A stretch of DNA of 64,000 bases. It comes from Vicinamibacterales bacterium. GTDB taxonomy: Bacteria > Acidobacteriota > Vicinamibacteria > Vicinamibacterales > 2-12-FULL-66-21. The position numbers were made by a program, and so were the translations under genes. Numbering within the stretch: the stretch's first letter is position 1; each line of letters starts with the position of its first letter. The stretch lies in contig JBMDXQ010000085.1 of assembly GCA_048594975.1 (NCBI GenBank), positions 21,822 to 85,821 of the forward strand, given 5' to 3'. Of this stretch, positions 46,299 through 55,904 are shown piece by piece. The notes beneath the pieces were generated by a model. It had not been told where the DNA came from, did not search any database, and worked only from the letters and a program-made list of their open reading frames with translations.

Positions 46299-48032
46299 TC
46301 ACACGCTCGTGGCCGGCTGCTGTCTCTGTTCACTGCCCGGTTCCTCGCGGCGTCGAGCGGCGTACCGCCACCGGACCCAGCCGATCAGCGCCAGTTCGAT
46401 GAACAGAATGACGAGCGCGATCCTGATCATCGGGCCGACGGCGGATGGCACCACCTCCGGCTCCATGTAGAGCGAGTACCAGAGGGTGAGACCTCGCCGG
46501 TTGCCACGCTCGCGCGACCAGCCGTCCCAGACCGAGAAGGCGATGGGCATGAACTGTCCGGCGGTGAACGCCGCGCCCGACGGGCTGCGCAGAGGCCGCT
46601 TGAAGATGACCGCCCACTCTCCCTGGTCGTAGCTCGCGAGACCGGTGAGGTCCCCAGTGTCGTTCGCCGCGATATCCGCGCTTCCCCGTCCCGTGAACTG
46701 AAGGGGAGCGGGGCGTGCGAGATCGAAGAACCACAGGTCCACGGAGTTCTGCTGGTCACCGAAGATGAAGTAGGGCTTGCGCGCGCCGCTCGGCACCTGC
46801 GAGGGGATCTGGATCGCCACCGCGTCGGAGAAATCGGACGGCGGGGCGGCCGGGGCGGCCGCCGGGTCCGCGAAGGGATCCTGCGCAAATGGATCCTGCG
46901 CCTGGGCCGGGGCGGGTGCGGCTGCCGCTTCGCCCCAGACGCTCGCCTCGTCGCCGGCCGCGCCCGGAGCGGTTCCCTGCGGCTTCGCCGCCTCCTCCTC
47001 CGGCGGCACCGGCAGCGTCAGCCCGTTCTTTCCCGCTTTCTCCGCGGCCATGTCGTGCCATCGCACGAGCAACGCGATGGACTCGGCGTCGTAGATGGCC
47101 TGAACGGTCACGGAGGTCGCGGGCGGATGGAACGAGCGGCCCGGCTCCATGATCTGCCCGACGATGGGGAAGCGGGCCACGGGCGCGGACTGGAAGTTCG
47201 CCGCCCCCTTCGCCAGATCGATCGGGTCCAGGACATGCCTGGCGATCACGAGGTTCGTGTAACCGGGCCCGTTGCTCCCCGAGAGCGAGACGATGAAATC
47301 GGTGATCGCCCATCGCTGCTCGGGCGTCAGGCCCTCCAGGAACGACGGCATCGGCGTCCCGTTGAACCCCGTGCTCATTGTCCGGAAGATGTCCTCGCGG
47401 GACGATCCTCCCCGGAAGGTCCAGCGCTGCGACAGGTCGGCCGGCCGTATCGGGTAGCCCCAGTCGTCCTTCAGCGTCGGCGCCGATGGCCCGTCGCCCC
47501 GACCGAGCGTGCCGTGGCAGCGCACGCAGCCGCTCTCATCGTAGAGCTTCTTCCCCTGCTCGACGGTCTCGTTGGTCGCGTTCGGCGCGCTGGGGAGCGG
47601 CACCGGTGGGGGGACGTTCTCGGGGTTCGAGAAGTCGGGGAAGAACGTCTTGATGTAGTAGGCGAGATTCGACACGTCCTGGTCGGAAAGGCTGGGCCAG
47701 GCGGGCATGGAGGTGTAGGGCATCCCGCGTCTGATGATGTTCAGGAGATCCTGGTGAGTCGGGAGCGCTCCGTTGGGCGTCGAGCGGACCTTGAACTTGC
47801 CGGTCGTGAAGTTGCGCGGCCTGGGGAGCAGGTGCGGTGCGGCATAGCCCTCGCCGTCCCCTTTCTCGCCGTGGCACTGCGCGCAGTACTTCAGGTAGAG
47901 CGCCTTCCCCGACTCCCGCTGCGCTTCGGTGCCGAGGTCGGGACCCTGCCCGCGCGCCACTCCCATCGTCGTGACAGACCACGCGGCGATGAGCACCGCG
48001 ACACAGCTGCGCGAGACCAGGCGAGCGGTCAT
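46299..48032 (-). CDS. Diheme cytochrome c + ethylbenzene-dehydrogenase gamma-like (DOMON) domain + C-terminal TM
   Basis: CAQCH, CVRCH, PRPRNFT, GTPMP; DAVAIQIP, WAVIFKRPL, IAFSVWDG. Confidence 0.85.
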   Translation of the reverse strand: MTARLVSRSCVAVLIAAWSVTTMGVARGQGPDLGTEAQRESGKALYLKYCAQCHGEKGDGEGYAAPHLLPRPRNFTTGKFKVRSTPNGALPTHQDLLNIIRRGMPYTSMPAWPSLSDQDVSNLAYYIKTFFPDFSNPENVPPPVPLPSAPNATNETVEQGKKLYDESGCVRCHGTLGRGDGPSAPTLKDDWGYPIRPADLSQRWTFRGGSSREDIFRTMSTGFNGTPMPSFLEGLTPEQRWAITDFIVSLSGSNGPGYTNLVIARHVLDPIDLAKGAANFQSAPVARFPIVGQIMEPGRSFHPPATSVTVQAIYDAESIALLVRWHDMAAEKAGKNGLTLPVPPEEEAAKPQGTAPGAAGDEASVWGEAAAAPAPAQAQDPFAQDPFADPAAAPAAPPSDFSDAVAIQIPSQVPSGARKPYFIFGDQQNSVDLWFFDLARPAPLQFTGRGSADIAANDTGDLTGLASYDQGEWAVIFKRPLRSPSGAAFTAGQFMPIAFSVWDGWSRERGNRRGLTLWYSLYMEPEVVPSAVGPMIRIALVILFIELALIGWVRWRYAARRREEPGSEQRQQPATSV

Positions 48033-48847
48033 TGGTGCGCGACCGCTTCCCGGGCGCGAGGCTTCTGGCCGGTGAAATCGTAGAGGAAGAGGATCGCGTC
48101 CCAGATCTCCTCCTCCTTCAGGAACTTCTCCCAGGCGGGCATGGCGGTGTCCCACGGGCCCCCTTCCTCGGGAAGCCCGGGCCCCCCCTTGGAGATCCGC
48201 CAGAACAGGAACGTATCGCGGAGATTCGCGATCGTGGCGCCGTCGGCGAAGTTGGTCGGAATCGGATCCAGGCCGTGCACGAACATGCCATTGCCGGACA
48301 GGTCGTCGCCGTGGCAGAAGACGCAGTTCTGGTAGTAGACGCGGCGGCCGTTCTCGACGTGCCTGCGGTACTCCGTCGGATCCGATCCCTCGAGCGGCAG
48401 GTACGGGTTCTCGCCGGCGTCGAGGTCGATCTTCTTGTCGTGAACGGTGATGGCGGACGGGGATGCGGGATGGACCGTCCGCGAGAAGAACGGGGGCTGG
48501 ACCGGGACGTTCATCTGGAAGTACACGTTCGCCGCCGCCAGCGCCGGAATGGCGACGACCGTCGCGCCGAGCAGCACCGTATACCGCCGGTCCGTCATGA
48601 ACCGGACGAGCGGCCCGGCGACTTCCTCGCGGCGCGCCTCGCTGGAGGACACGTACGCCAGGATCGCTATCGTGGCGATTCCCATGTAGATCGAGATGAC
48701 GGACGCGGGGATCGGGGCCGTGAACCCGAATCGGAGCAGGACGTAGATCCCCGCCCACCAGGCGAATGCCCAGATCAGCAGGTTGGCCCGGCGGAGGCGA
48801 AGGAGCCCGAACGCAGCGGCAACGGCAAGGACGACGGCGATCTTCAT
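48029..48847 (-). CDS. Membrane-anchored monoheme cytochrome c
   Basis: Three to four N-terminal TMs; CVFCH; PTNF; TAMPAW. Confidence 0.88.
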   Translation of the reverse strand: MKIAVVLAVAAAFGLLRLRRANLLIWAFAWWAGIYVLLRFGFTAPIPASVISIYMGIATIAILAYVSSSEARREEVAGPLVRFMTDRRYTVLLGATVVAIPALAAANVYFQMNVPVQPPFFSRTVHPASPSAITVHDKKIDLDAGENPYLPLEGSDPTEYRRHVENGRRVYYQNCVFCHGDDLSGNGMFVHGLDPIPTNFADGATIANLRDTFLFWRISKGGPGLPEEGGPWDTAMPAWEKFLKEEEIWDAILFLYDFTGQKPRAREAVAHQ

Positions 48848-49386
48848 GGTTTCGGCGCGCCCTCCTTTTTGGGAGTGGTCGGAGCCGGCGCTACGCCCGG
48901 CGCGCCGGCGAGATAACGATGGGCCGACTGGAGCGTCACCGTCGGCGTGCCGCCAAGCGTCTGCAGGTATGCGATCACGCAGAGGATCTCCTGATCGGTG
49001 AGGCCGATCGGAGGCTTGTTGATGGGGGGCATCCCAGGGTTGAATCCCTCGACGATGTAGCTGTCGGGTTCGTACATCGATTGAGCGAGGTAATCGATGT
49101 CGCTCAGGCCCGGGACGCGGCTGCCCGCCCGGGCGCCGATCCCGTCGAGGTCGGGAAACCGGAGCGCGCCGGACTTGCCGATCGTGTGGCAGGTCAGGCA
49201 GAGCCCCTTGCCCTCCATGATCCCGCGGCCGACCTTGACCATGTCGGCCGTGGACAGATCGCTGGCGAGGACGGTTTCCTGGGGAGGCAGCACCTCTTTC
49301 TGCGGCACCATCTGCCCGACATAGGTATAGAACGCGGTGGTCACCAGCACGAGAGCGCCGATCCGCGCCGTGTGCGGGATGGTCAT
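48844..49386 (-). CDS. Monoheme cytochrome c
   Basis: N-terminal anchor; CLTCH; YLAQSMYEP...GMP. Confidence 0.88.
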   Translation of the reverse strand: MTIPHTARIGALVLVTTAFYTYVGQMVPQKEVLPPQETVLASDLSTADMVKVGRGIMEGKGLCLTCHTIGKSGALRFPDLDGIGARAGSRVPGLSDIDYLAQSMYEPDSYIVEGFNPGMPPINKPPIGLTDQEILCVIAYLQTLGGTPTVTLQSAHRYLAGAPGVAPAPTTPKKEGAPKP

Positions 49387-51293
49387 GCGGTCCTCTCCGC
49401 CTCACTCACGTCGGTGAGCAGCGGCGTACTGCGCTCCTCAGGGCTGGGCCGCCGGTAGTCCGGCCGCTCGTGCAGGCTCGTGATCCAGAACACGAAGCCA
49501 ATCAGGCCGAAGAACAAGAGCACGGTCACCGAGACGACCTGCGTCGCAAAGCCGAGCGTGGGCGTGAACGCGTCCGGCGAGGTGTCGCGGACGACCCCGT
49601 AGACGTGCCAGTGCTGCCGGAGCCCGGACCGGACGTAGCCCATGAGCCCCATGAGCCAGGTGAACGTGACCGCGATGAAAATCAGCACGTATTGCGAGAT
49701 CGCGGGGATCCTCCCCCAGCGGACCTCGCCGGTCTTCCGGGCGCCGCGGAAGAGGAAGATGTCGATGACGGTGATCGACACCATCGCGAGCAGAACCGAG
49801 AGGACCTGCGGCACCGAGAGCCCGATCCGGACCGTCGCCTCGACGAAGTACCCGTAGACGCCGAGGAAGATGACGATCACTGCCGCGCCCGCGAAGATCG
49901 CGAGCTGCGCCGTATGGCCCATCTTCGCCCACGCCACCGTCGCGATCTTGCCCGTCCGGCGGTAGAGGAGGAAGCTCATGAAGGTGGTCAGGATGAGGAT
50001 GTTCACGGCGGTGTTCTTCGCCGACATCACGCCGAGGAACCCCAGGACCGGGTGCGACGACCCGCCCATCGCCCGGACTTCGGACACCGTCGCGATGATC
50101 GATCGCGGGGTTGCCCAGACCGCGAAGCAGACCGCGATCCCGACGAGCAGGTACTTGATGAACCGCTGAACGGGCTGCGCGCCCTCGACCCGGCCCATGC
50201 CGAGCCAGAGGTAGTAGTTGGCCGCGAGGAAGAGATTCCCGATCAGCACGGCCTGGATGATGAAGAGCCAGGAGAAGGCGCCGCCCATCATCGTCAGCCC
50301 GAGCGTCTGCGAGTACGCGTAGATCTCTTTCGCGAGCCAGTAGCCGGCGAAGGGGAGCGGGAGGAACGCGAGGATGGCGACGAAGTTGCCGATGTACCCC
50401 ATCCAGTCGTAGTGGGCGCGCTCCTCGTCGGTCTTCGCCTGCAGGAACTTGAACGCCGCGTAGGCGGCGGCCACCGATCCGCCGAAGGCGACGTTGGCAA
50501 TGAGGCGATGGACGTTGATGGGCATCCAGGTGAAGTTGGTGACCGCCTCCATGACATCGAGCACGGCTCCCGAATCCGAGATGCCGCGCGGCGACATCAT
50601 GAACGTGAGCCAGGCGTTGGCGATGAACATGATCCCCGTCCCGACGACGTTCAGCCCGAGCCCCAGGCCCAGATGCACCAGTGGATGGAACTTCCCCCAG
50701 CCGTAGTAGTAGGCGTAGAGGAAGAAGGCCTCGAAGAAGAACAGCAGCACGTAGGGCAGAAACGTGGGGGAGAACACGCTCATCAGGTAGTTCGTGAACT
50801 TCGGATACAGGATGATGAGCATGAAGGTCAGGAAGGCGCCGAAGGTCGCGGTCAACGAGAACGAAACCGAGAGGAGCTTGGTGAACTCGTACGCGAGCCG
50901 GTCGTATCGCAGCTCGCCGGTCTTGTAGCCGATGACCTCGATGATGAACGCGAACATCGGGACCGCCAGGACGAAGGCCGCGAACAGCAGGTGGAGCTGC
51001 GCGACCGCCCAGACGGCCACCCGGCTCCCGACCATCGGGAATCTCCGGTATTCGGCCTCCTGGTAGGGCGTGGCGCGGGCCGTCCTCTCGGCGTCTGCCT
51101 GCTCGGCGGCGAGTCCCTCGGCGCGCGGCGTCGGATCGCCGGCGGCCGCCGGAGCCCGGTAGGGTGCCCGGTATTCGCGGCTGACCACCACCGAGACCAT
51201 CTTCACCGTCGCGGCGAACATCACGATGGCCGCGACCGGGCCGAGCAGGATCAGCAGCTTGCGGTTCATCAGGCCGTTCATCAGCCCGTTCAT
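49383..51293 (-). CDS. Cytochrome bd-like oxidase subunit I (CydA-related, no cydB partner)
   Basis: Many TMs; QLHLLF (CydA His19-like), FFEAFFLYAY, IANAWLTFMMSP, NVHRL (His186-like), MGYVRSGLRQHWHVY where CydA has GW..E.GRQPW. Confidence 0.82.
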   Translation of the reverse strand: MNGLMNGLMNRKLLILLGPVAAIVMFAATVKMVSVVVSREYRAPYRAPAAAGDPTPRAEGLAAEQADAERTARATPYQEAEYRRFPMVGSRVAVWAVAQLHLLFAAFVLAVPMFAFIIEVIGYKTGELRYDRLAYEFTKLLSVSFSLTATFGAFLTFMLIILYPKFTNYLMSVFSPTFLPYVLLFFFEAFFLYAYYYGWGKFHPLVHLGLGLGLNVVGTGIMFIANAWLTFMMSPRGISDSGAVLDVMEAVTNFTWMPINVHRLIANVAFGGSVAAAYAAFKFLQAKTDEERAHYDWMGYIGNFVAILAFLPLPFAGYWLAKEIYAYSQTLGLTMMGGAFSWLFIIQAVLIGNLFLAANYYLWLGMGRVEGAQPVQRFIKYLLVGIAVCFAVWATPRSIIATVSEVRAMGGSSHPVLGFLGVMSAKNTAVNILILTTFMSFLLYRRTGKIATVAWAKMGHTAQLAIFAGAAVIVIFLGVYGYFVEATVRIGLSVPQVLSVLLAMVSITVIDIFLFRGARKTGEVRWGRIPAISQYVLIFIAVTFTWLMGLMGYVRSGLRQHWHVYGVVRDTSPDAFTPTLGFATQVVSVTVLLFFGLIGFVFWITSLHERPDYRRPSPEERSTPLLTDVSEAERTA

Positions 51294-51306
51294 TGCGGCG
51301 CCCCCA

Positions 51307-51987
51307 TCATTTGAGGCCCTCCGCCTTCGCGCGCGTGCTGTCTGGCGCGCGCTCCGGCGAGACCTCGCCGAAGCCGCTTCGCGGTGGCGGCGGGGCGGAG
51401 ACGCCCGAGGCGCTCGACGGCCGATTGCGCTGCAGCTCCCGCACGTGGGCGACGATCGCCCACCTGTCGGCGGGAGGGATCGGCCAGCGGTACCCGGCCA
51501 TGAGCCCCTGCCCGTTGGTGATGACGTCGAAGATCTGCCCGTCCGGGTACTTCAGGACCTTCTCCTGGTGCATCGAGGCGGTGGGGACGTTGCCCCGCTG
51601 AAACAGGATCCCCTTGCCGTCCCCGCGGGCGTCGTGACACGGTTGACAGTAGATCCGGTAGCGCTCGCGCCCCCGCTCGACGAGCGCCGCGTCCACGGTC
51701 ACCGGAATCGTCGCGACGAACTGCCCGTCCGCTCCCTTTCCGGTGTGGAACGCCGCGTCCTCCTTCAGCCCGCCGATCGGCACCGTTCCGGGAACGGGCT
51801 CTCGCATCGATGCGCCGTTCTGGAAGAAATTGCTGGCCGCCTGCGCGCGGGCCTTCGGCTGGTCGTCCATGCTCGGATTCAGATGGATCGGCGGGCGGCT
51901 CGAGGTGCAGCCGCGCGCGCAGCCGGTAAGGGCGACGAGAGACGCGAGCGCGAGCGCGCCCACCACGCCCCGGCAGCCCGCGATCAT
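51307..51987 (-). CDS. actE: Alternative complex III subunit E, copy 2
   Basis: Lipobox LTGC; MDDQPK; CQPCH; DRWAIVAH. Confidence 0.88.
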   Translation of the reverse strand: MIAGCRGVVGALALASLVALTGCARGCTSSRPPIHLNPSMDDQPKARAQAASNFFQNGASMREPVPGTVPIGGLKEDAAFHTGKGADGQFVATIPVTVDAALVERGRERYRIYCQPCHDARGDGKGILFQRGNVPTASMHQEKVLKYPDGQIFDVITNGQGLMAGYRWPIPPADRWAIVAHVRELQRNRPSSASGVSAPPPPRSGFGEVSPERAPDSTRAKAEGLK

Positions 51988-54900
51988 GCGCCAGGCCTCC
52001 CTTCCTGCCCGCCGACCGCGTCGCGACGCCCGGCGACATGCCCGGGGCGTCCCGGGCTCGTCCAGGCGTGCGCGCCGTCGAGGGCCGGGTTCGGGTTGCG
52101 TACCTTGGCCAGGTAGGTCGTTCGCGGCCTGGTGTTCAGATCGTCGAGCAACGCGTAATTGCGGCGGTCCGCCTTCGCCTGTGCGACCCGGCTCGATCGG
52201 TCCCGAAGATCTCCGAATTCGATCGCCGAGGCGGGGCAGGCCTGCTGGCACGCCGTCCGGACGTCGCCGTCGCGAAGCTCACGCCCCGCGAGCTTCGCAT
52301 CGATTCTCGCCCGGTTGATCCGCTGCGTGCAGTAGGTGCACTTCTCCATCACGCCCCTGGCGCGAACCGTGACGTCCGGGTTCATCGCCAGCCGGAGGAT
52401 GTCGGGCGTGTCCTTGGTGAAGTTGAAGAAGTTGAAGCGGCGCACCTTGTAGGGGCAGTTGTTCGAGCAATAGCGGGTCCCGATGCAGCGGTTGTAGACC
52501 ATCACGTTGAGGCCCTGGCCGTCGTGAACGGTCGCGGCCACCGGGCAGACCTGCTCGCACGGGGCGTCCTCGCAGTGCATGCAGGGAACCGGCTGGAACA
52601 CGATCTCCGGAGTCCCCGAAGGCTCGCCGGAGAAGTACCGGTCCACCCGCAGCCAGTGCATCTCGCGGCCCTTCGCCACCTGGATCTTGCCGACGACCGG
52701 CACGTTGTTCTCGCTCTGGCACGCCGTCATGCACGCGTTGCAGCCGATGCAGGCGTTCAGGTCGATCGTCATGCCCCACTGGTGGCCCTGGTCGTAGGCG
52801 TGCTCTTTCCAGAGCGAGAAGTGATGCGGGTCCTCCGGGAAGACGCCAAGCGCGCCCGGGACTCCTCCTCCCCCCTTCGGCGCGTGTGCGGAACCTTCCG
52901 TCTGCGCGGATTCTGCCGCATGGGCGCCTTCGGCCGGTGCCGGCGGGGACGCCGCTGTCGATCGCAGCTCGGCGAGCGTGGATTCGTGGACGAGCGGGCG
53001 ACCCTCCATGCTGCCGTGGTTCTGGGTCGCCGAGAGCGCGAACTTGCGTCCGAGCGTGGCGAGCGTGGCGCCGCCATCGAACCCGGGCGCCCTGGATGCT
53101 CGAAGCCTGAACGTGTCGAAGCCGACGCCGGTTCCAATCCGTCCCGCACGCTGACGACCGTAGCCAAGGGTCAGCGCCACTACGCCGTCCGCCATCCCGG
53201 GGACGATCGAGACGGGAAGCTCCAGCGAGCGGCCGGCGTAATCGAGACGCACCAGGTCCTCGCTGGCCAGGCCGCGCGCCTCGGCGGTCATCGGGCTCAC
53301 GAGCGCGGGGTTGTCCCACGTGAGCTTGGTGATGGCATCAGGAAGTTCCTGCAGCCAGGCGTCGTTCGCGAAGCGGCCGTCGTGAAGCGACGCGGACGGG
53401 AGGAACACGATTTCCAGGGCATCAGAAGATCCCGCATCGGCCGGTCTGGAACCGGCGGCGCCGGTTGCACCAATCAGCCGCGCGAGCTCCGCCATCGGCT
53501 CCCCGGCGACATCGGGCGCGATTTCCGGAAGCTCGCTGCCCGACAGCAGCCCGTCATGCAGGACGCGGTTCCACCTGCCGTCGAACTCGGCCTCACCGAG
53601 GATCGGTTTCCACGTGTCCCGCACGACGTCGTAGCCGGGACGATCCTTTCCCGATGCCATCAGCGCCAGCACTTCGACCGGCGTCCGCCCGCCAAACAAC
53701 GGAAGGATCAGCGGCTGGACGACGCTGAGCGTGCCCCCAGCGGCGCGCGCGTCGCCCCAGGATTCGAGGTAGTGAGCGCGCGGGACGTGCCATTCCGCCC
53801 TGGACGATGTCTCGTCGACGCCGTGGCCGAGCGCGATGACGTGCGGGACCTTCGCCAGCGCCGACGCGAAGTCGAGATCGGCGGGAGCATCGAACACCGG
53901 ATTGCCCCCCAGGACCACGAGTGTCTGGACCGCGCCTCCGTTCATCGCCGAGACGAGCGAGGCCAGCGAGCTCGCGCTCGGAAGCGCCGCGTCCTTCGGC
54001 TCGTAGTAGCTGACGGTCGTGCCGGTGTTGCCGAGATACGAGTTCAGCGCGCACACCGCGGCGTGGACGGCGGCGGGCTGGCGCTCCCCCGCTACGATCA
54101 ACGCTGTCCCGCGGTTCGCGAGGAGGTCCTTCGCCAGCGCGTCGAGCCAGCGGGGATCGACGCCCGGGGCGCCCGCGCCCGCTGCGCTCGTCGGCCCGGG
54201 CGCGCCGAGGCGTGCCGCGAGAGCCGCGAGCAACGTCGCGATCTGCCGGCTCTCGAGACGGAGCCGATGATCGGCCATGGCTCCCGTCAGCGAGTAGACC
54301 CCTTCGACGGCGTAGAGCCGGTTCATCGTGCCGCCGGAGGCCCCCGCGCGCCTTCCCGCCGCGAACCCTCGCGCGTGGCGGATCATCTCCGGGTCGGTCA
54401 GCAGCGGGTCGGCGTCGAGACAGAGAATCACCGAGGCGCGGTCGAGGCGCAGCACGAGATCGAGGTCGCGTCCGGTGGCGAGCTTCAGCCCCGCGAGCCG
54501 GTTCTCGTCGCTGACGGCGTCGTAGGTCGCCCACTGCATGCGGGGATAGCGGCCCCGGAGCTCGGCAACCAGTCGCGACAGCGTGGGCGACGAGAACGAG
54601 TCGGACAGGATCGCGAGGCCGGCGCCGCCATTCGGCGAATGAGCAGCCGACCGCTGCCCCCAGGCTGCCACGAAATCGTTCCAGGACCTCCGTTCACCCT
54701 TCAGGGTGACCGATTGCGAGCGGTCGGGATCGTAGAGGCCGAGCACCGACGCCTGAATGCGCGAGCTCGAGGCGCCAAGCGTCGAGGGGTGCGAGGGGTT
54801 CCCTTCGATCTTGGTCGGCCGTCCTTCGTGGCTCTCGACGATCAGGCCGTAGGCGCTCCGGCGGAACGGCATGGTCGTGGCGTAGTAGCGCGGGATCCCG

Positions 54901-55127
54901 GGGACGATCTCCTCGGGAGCGGTGACGTAGGGGACAATCTCTTCGACCGGCCGGCGACACCCTGCGAGCCCCGCGAGCGACAGCGAGGCGCCGAGGAGCA
55001 TCATCATGTCGCGCCGGGTCACCCCCTCGGGCAGCTCCGAGGCGCCCTCCGGGAACTCCCGCTCGGCCGCGTCGCGAAACTCTGGATGTTGTTCGAGCCG
55101 CGCGAGACTTCGCCAGTAGGTTTTCAC
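51984..55127 (-). CDS. actB: Alternative complex III subunit B, copy 2
   Basis: GTG overlapping the actA stop; YWRSL; Tat-like TRRDMM; GRPTKIEGNPSHP; four Fe-S motifs. Confidence 0.94.
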   Translation of the reverse strand: MKTYWRSLARLEQHPEFRDAAEREFPEGASELPEGVTRRDMMMLLGASLSLAGLAGCRRPVEEIVPYVTAPEEIVPGIPRYYATTMPFRRSAYGLIVESHEGRPTKIEGNPSHPSTLGASSSRIQASVLGLYDPDRSQSVTLKGERRSWNDFVAAWGQRSAAHSPNGGAGLAILSDSFSSPTLSRLVAELRGRYPRMQWATYDAVSDENRLAGLKLATGRDLDLVLRLDRASVILCLDADPLLTDPEMIRHARGFAAGRRAGASGGTMNRLYAVEGVYSLTGAMADHRLRLESRQIATLLAALAARLGAPGPTSAAGAGAPGVDPRWLDALAKDLLANRGTALIVAGERQPAAVHAAVCALNSYLGNTGTTVSYYEPKDAALPSASSLASLVSAMNGGAVQTLVVLGGNPVFDAPADLDFASALAKVPHVIALGHGVDETSSRAEWHVPRAHYLESWGDARAAGGTLSVVQPLILPLFGGRTPVEVLALMASGKDRPGYDVVRDTWKPILGEAEFDGRWNRVLHDGLLSGSELPEIAPDVAGEPMAELARLIGATGAAGSRPADAGSSDALEIVFLPSASLHDGRFANDAWLQELPDAITKLTWDNPALVSPMTAEARGLASEDLVRLDYAGRSLELPVSIVPGMADGVVALTLGYGRQRAGRIGTGVGFDTFRLRASRAPGFDGGATLATLGRKFALSATQNHGSMEGRPLVHESTLAELRSTAASPPAPAEGAHAAESAQTEGSAHAPKGGGGVPGALGVFPEDPHHFSLWKEHAYDQGHQWGMTIDLNACIGCNACMTACQSENNVPVVGKIQVAKGREMHWLRVDRYFSGEPSGTPEIVFQPVPCMHCEDAPCEQVCPVAATVHDGQGLNVMVYNRCIGTRYCSNNCPYKVRRFNFFNFTKDTPDILRLAMNPDVTVRARGVMEKCTYCTQRINRARIDAKLAGRELRDGDVRTACQQACPASAIEFGDLRDRSSRVAQAKADRRNYALLDDLNTRPRTTYLAKVRNPNPALDGAHAWTSPGRPGHVAGRRDAVGGQEGRPGA

Positions 55128-55771
55128 CGGTGGCACCCCGAGCAGTCGGTCGGCGGATTCACCGGTCGTTCGCCGGCGAGCTGCGCCGCGAGCACCGCGA
55201 CGTCCCGGGGAGGCGTCCATTTCATGTTGGTGACCTCCGAGACCGGGCGCCGGTAGGGAGCGGGGTTGCGGTGGCACTCCAGACACCAGCTCATGCTGAG
55301 CGGCGTCATCTGCGTGACCGTCTCCATCTCGTCGACGCGGCCGTGGCAGGTGACGCAGCCGATTCCAGCCCTGACGTGCGCGTTGTGGGCGAAATACGCG
55401 TACTCGGGAAGCTTGTGGACCCGCACCCAGCGCATCGGCCGGCCGCTGGCGGCGCTGTCCCGGATTGGTGAGAGCGCCGCGCTGTCCCTCTTCACCGTCT
55501 GATGGCAGTTCATGCAGGTCCTGGTGGGCGGGACGTTGGCCACGGGAGAGAGCTCGACCGAGGCGTGACAGTACCGGCAATCGAGACCAAGCTCGCCGAC
55601 GTGAAGCCTGTGGCTATACGGGACTGGCTGAACGGGACGGTACCCCACGTCGGTGTACCACGGGGAGAAGTAATACCAGACGCCCACGATCGCGAGCGCC
55701 GGACCGAGAGTGCCGGCGAGGGCGGCCACGATCGGGAGCTTGTTCCACCACGGGGGAAAGATCTGGGCCAA
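55124..55771 (-). CDS. actA: Alternative complex III subunit A, copy 2 (pentaheme)
   Basis: CRYCH, CMNCH, CVTCH, CLECH, CSGCH; TTG start. Confidence 0.94.
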   Translation of the reverse strand: MAQIFPPWWNKLPIVAALAGTLGPALAIVGVWYYFSPWYTDVGYRPVQPVPYSHRLHVGELGLDCRYCHASVELSPVANVPPTRTCMNCHQTVKRDSAALSPIRDSAASGRPMRWVRVHKLPEYAYFAHNAHVRAGIGCVTCHGRVDEMETVTQMTPLSMSWCLECHRNPAPYRRPVSEVTNMKWTPPRDVAVLAAQLAGERPVNPPTDCSGCHR

Positions 55772-55904
55772 TGACTAGGACTCCCGGGCGCTGAAAGACA
55801 GGGGCCCGGGCCGCGAGTCCGGGATGGAACTGTGATGCCACATCCTCGCGCCCCAAGGAATTCGTCGCAGGGGAACGACCGTGATCCGGTCGAATAAGGC
55901 GGCG

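Noticed and set aside
51262-51293. MNGLMNGLMN 12-bp duplications (also DHAADRAADHAAD at 34295 and TLVEG x2 near 6935-6976)
   Set aside because: Short in-frame slippage duplications at protein termini; no sign of function beyond start-site ambiguity.
46299-55771. Nitrite oxidation (NXR) suggested by the Nitrospira-like cluster
   Set aside because: No NxrA/NarG or NxrB/NarH gene in the window; the molybdopterin-like protein has ActB features and context.
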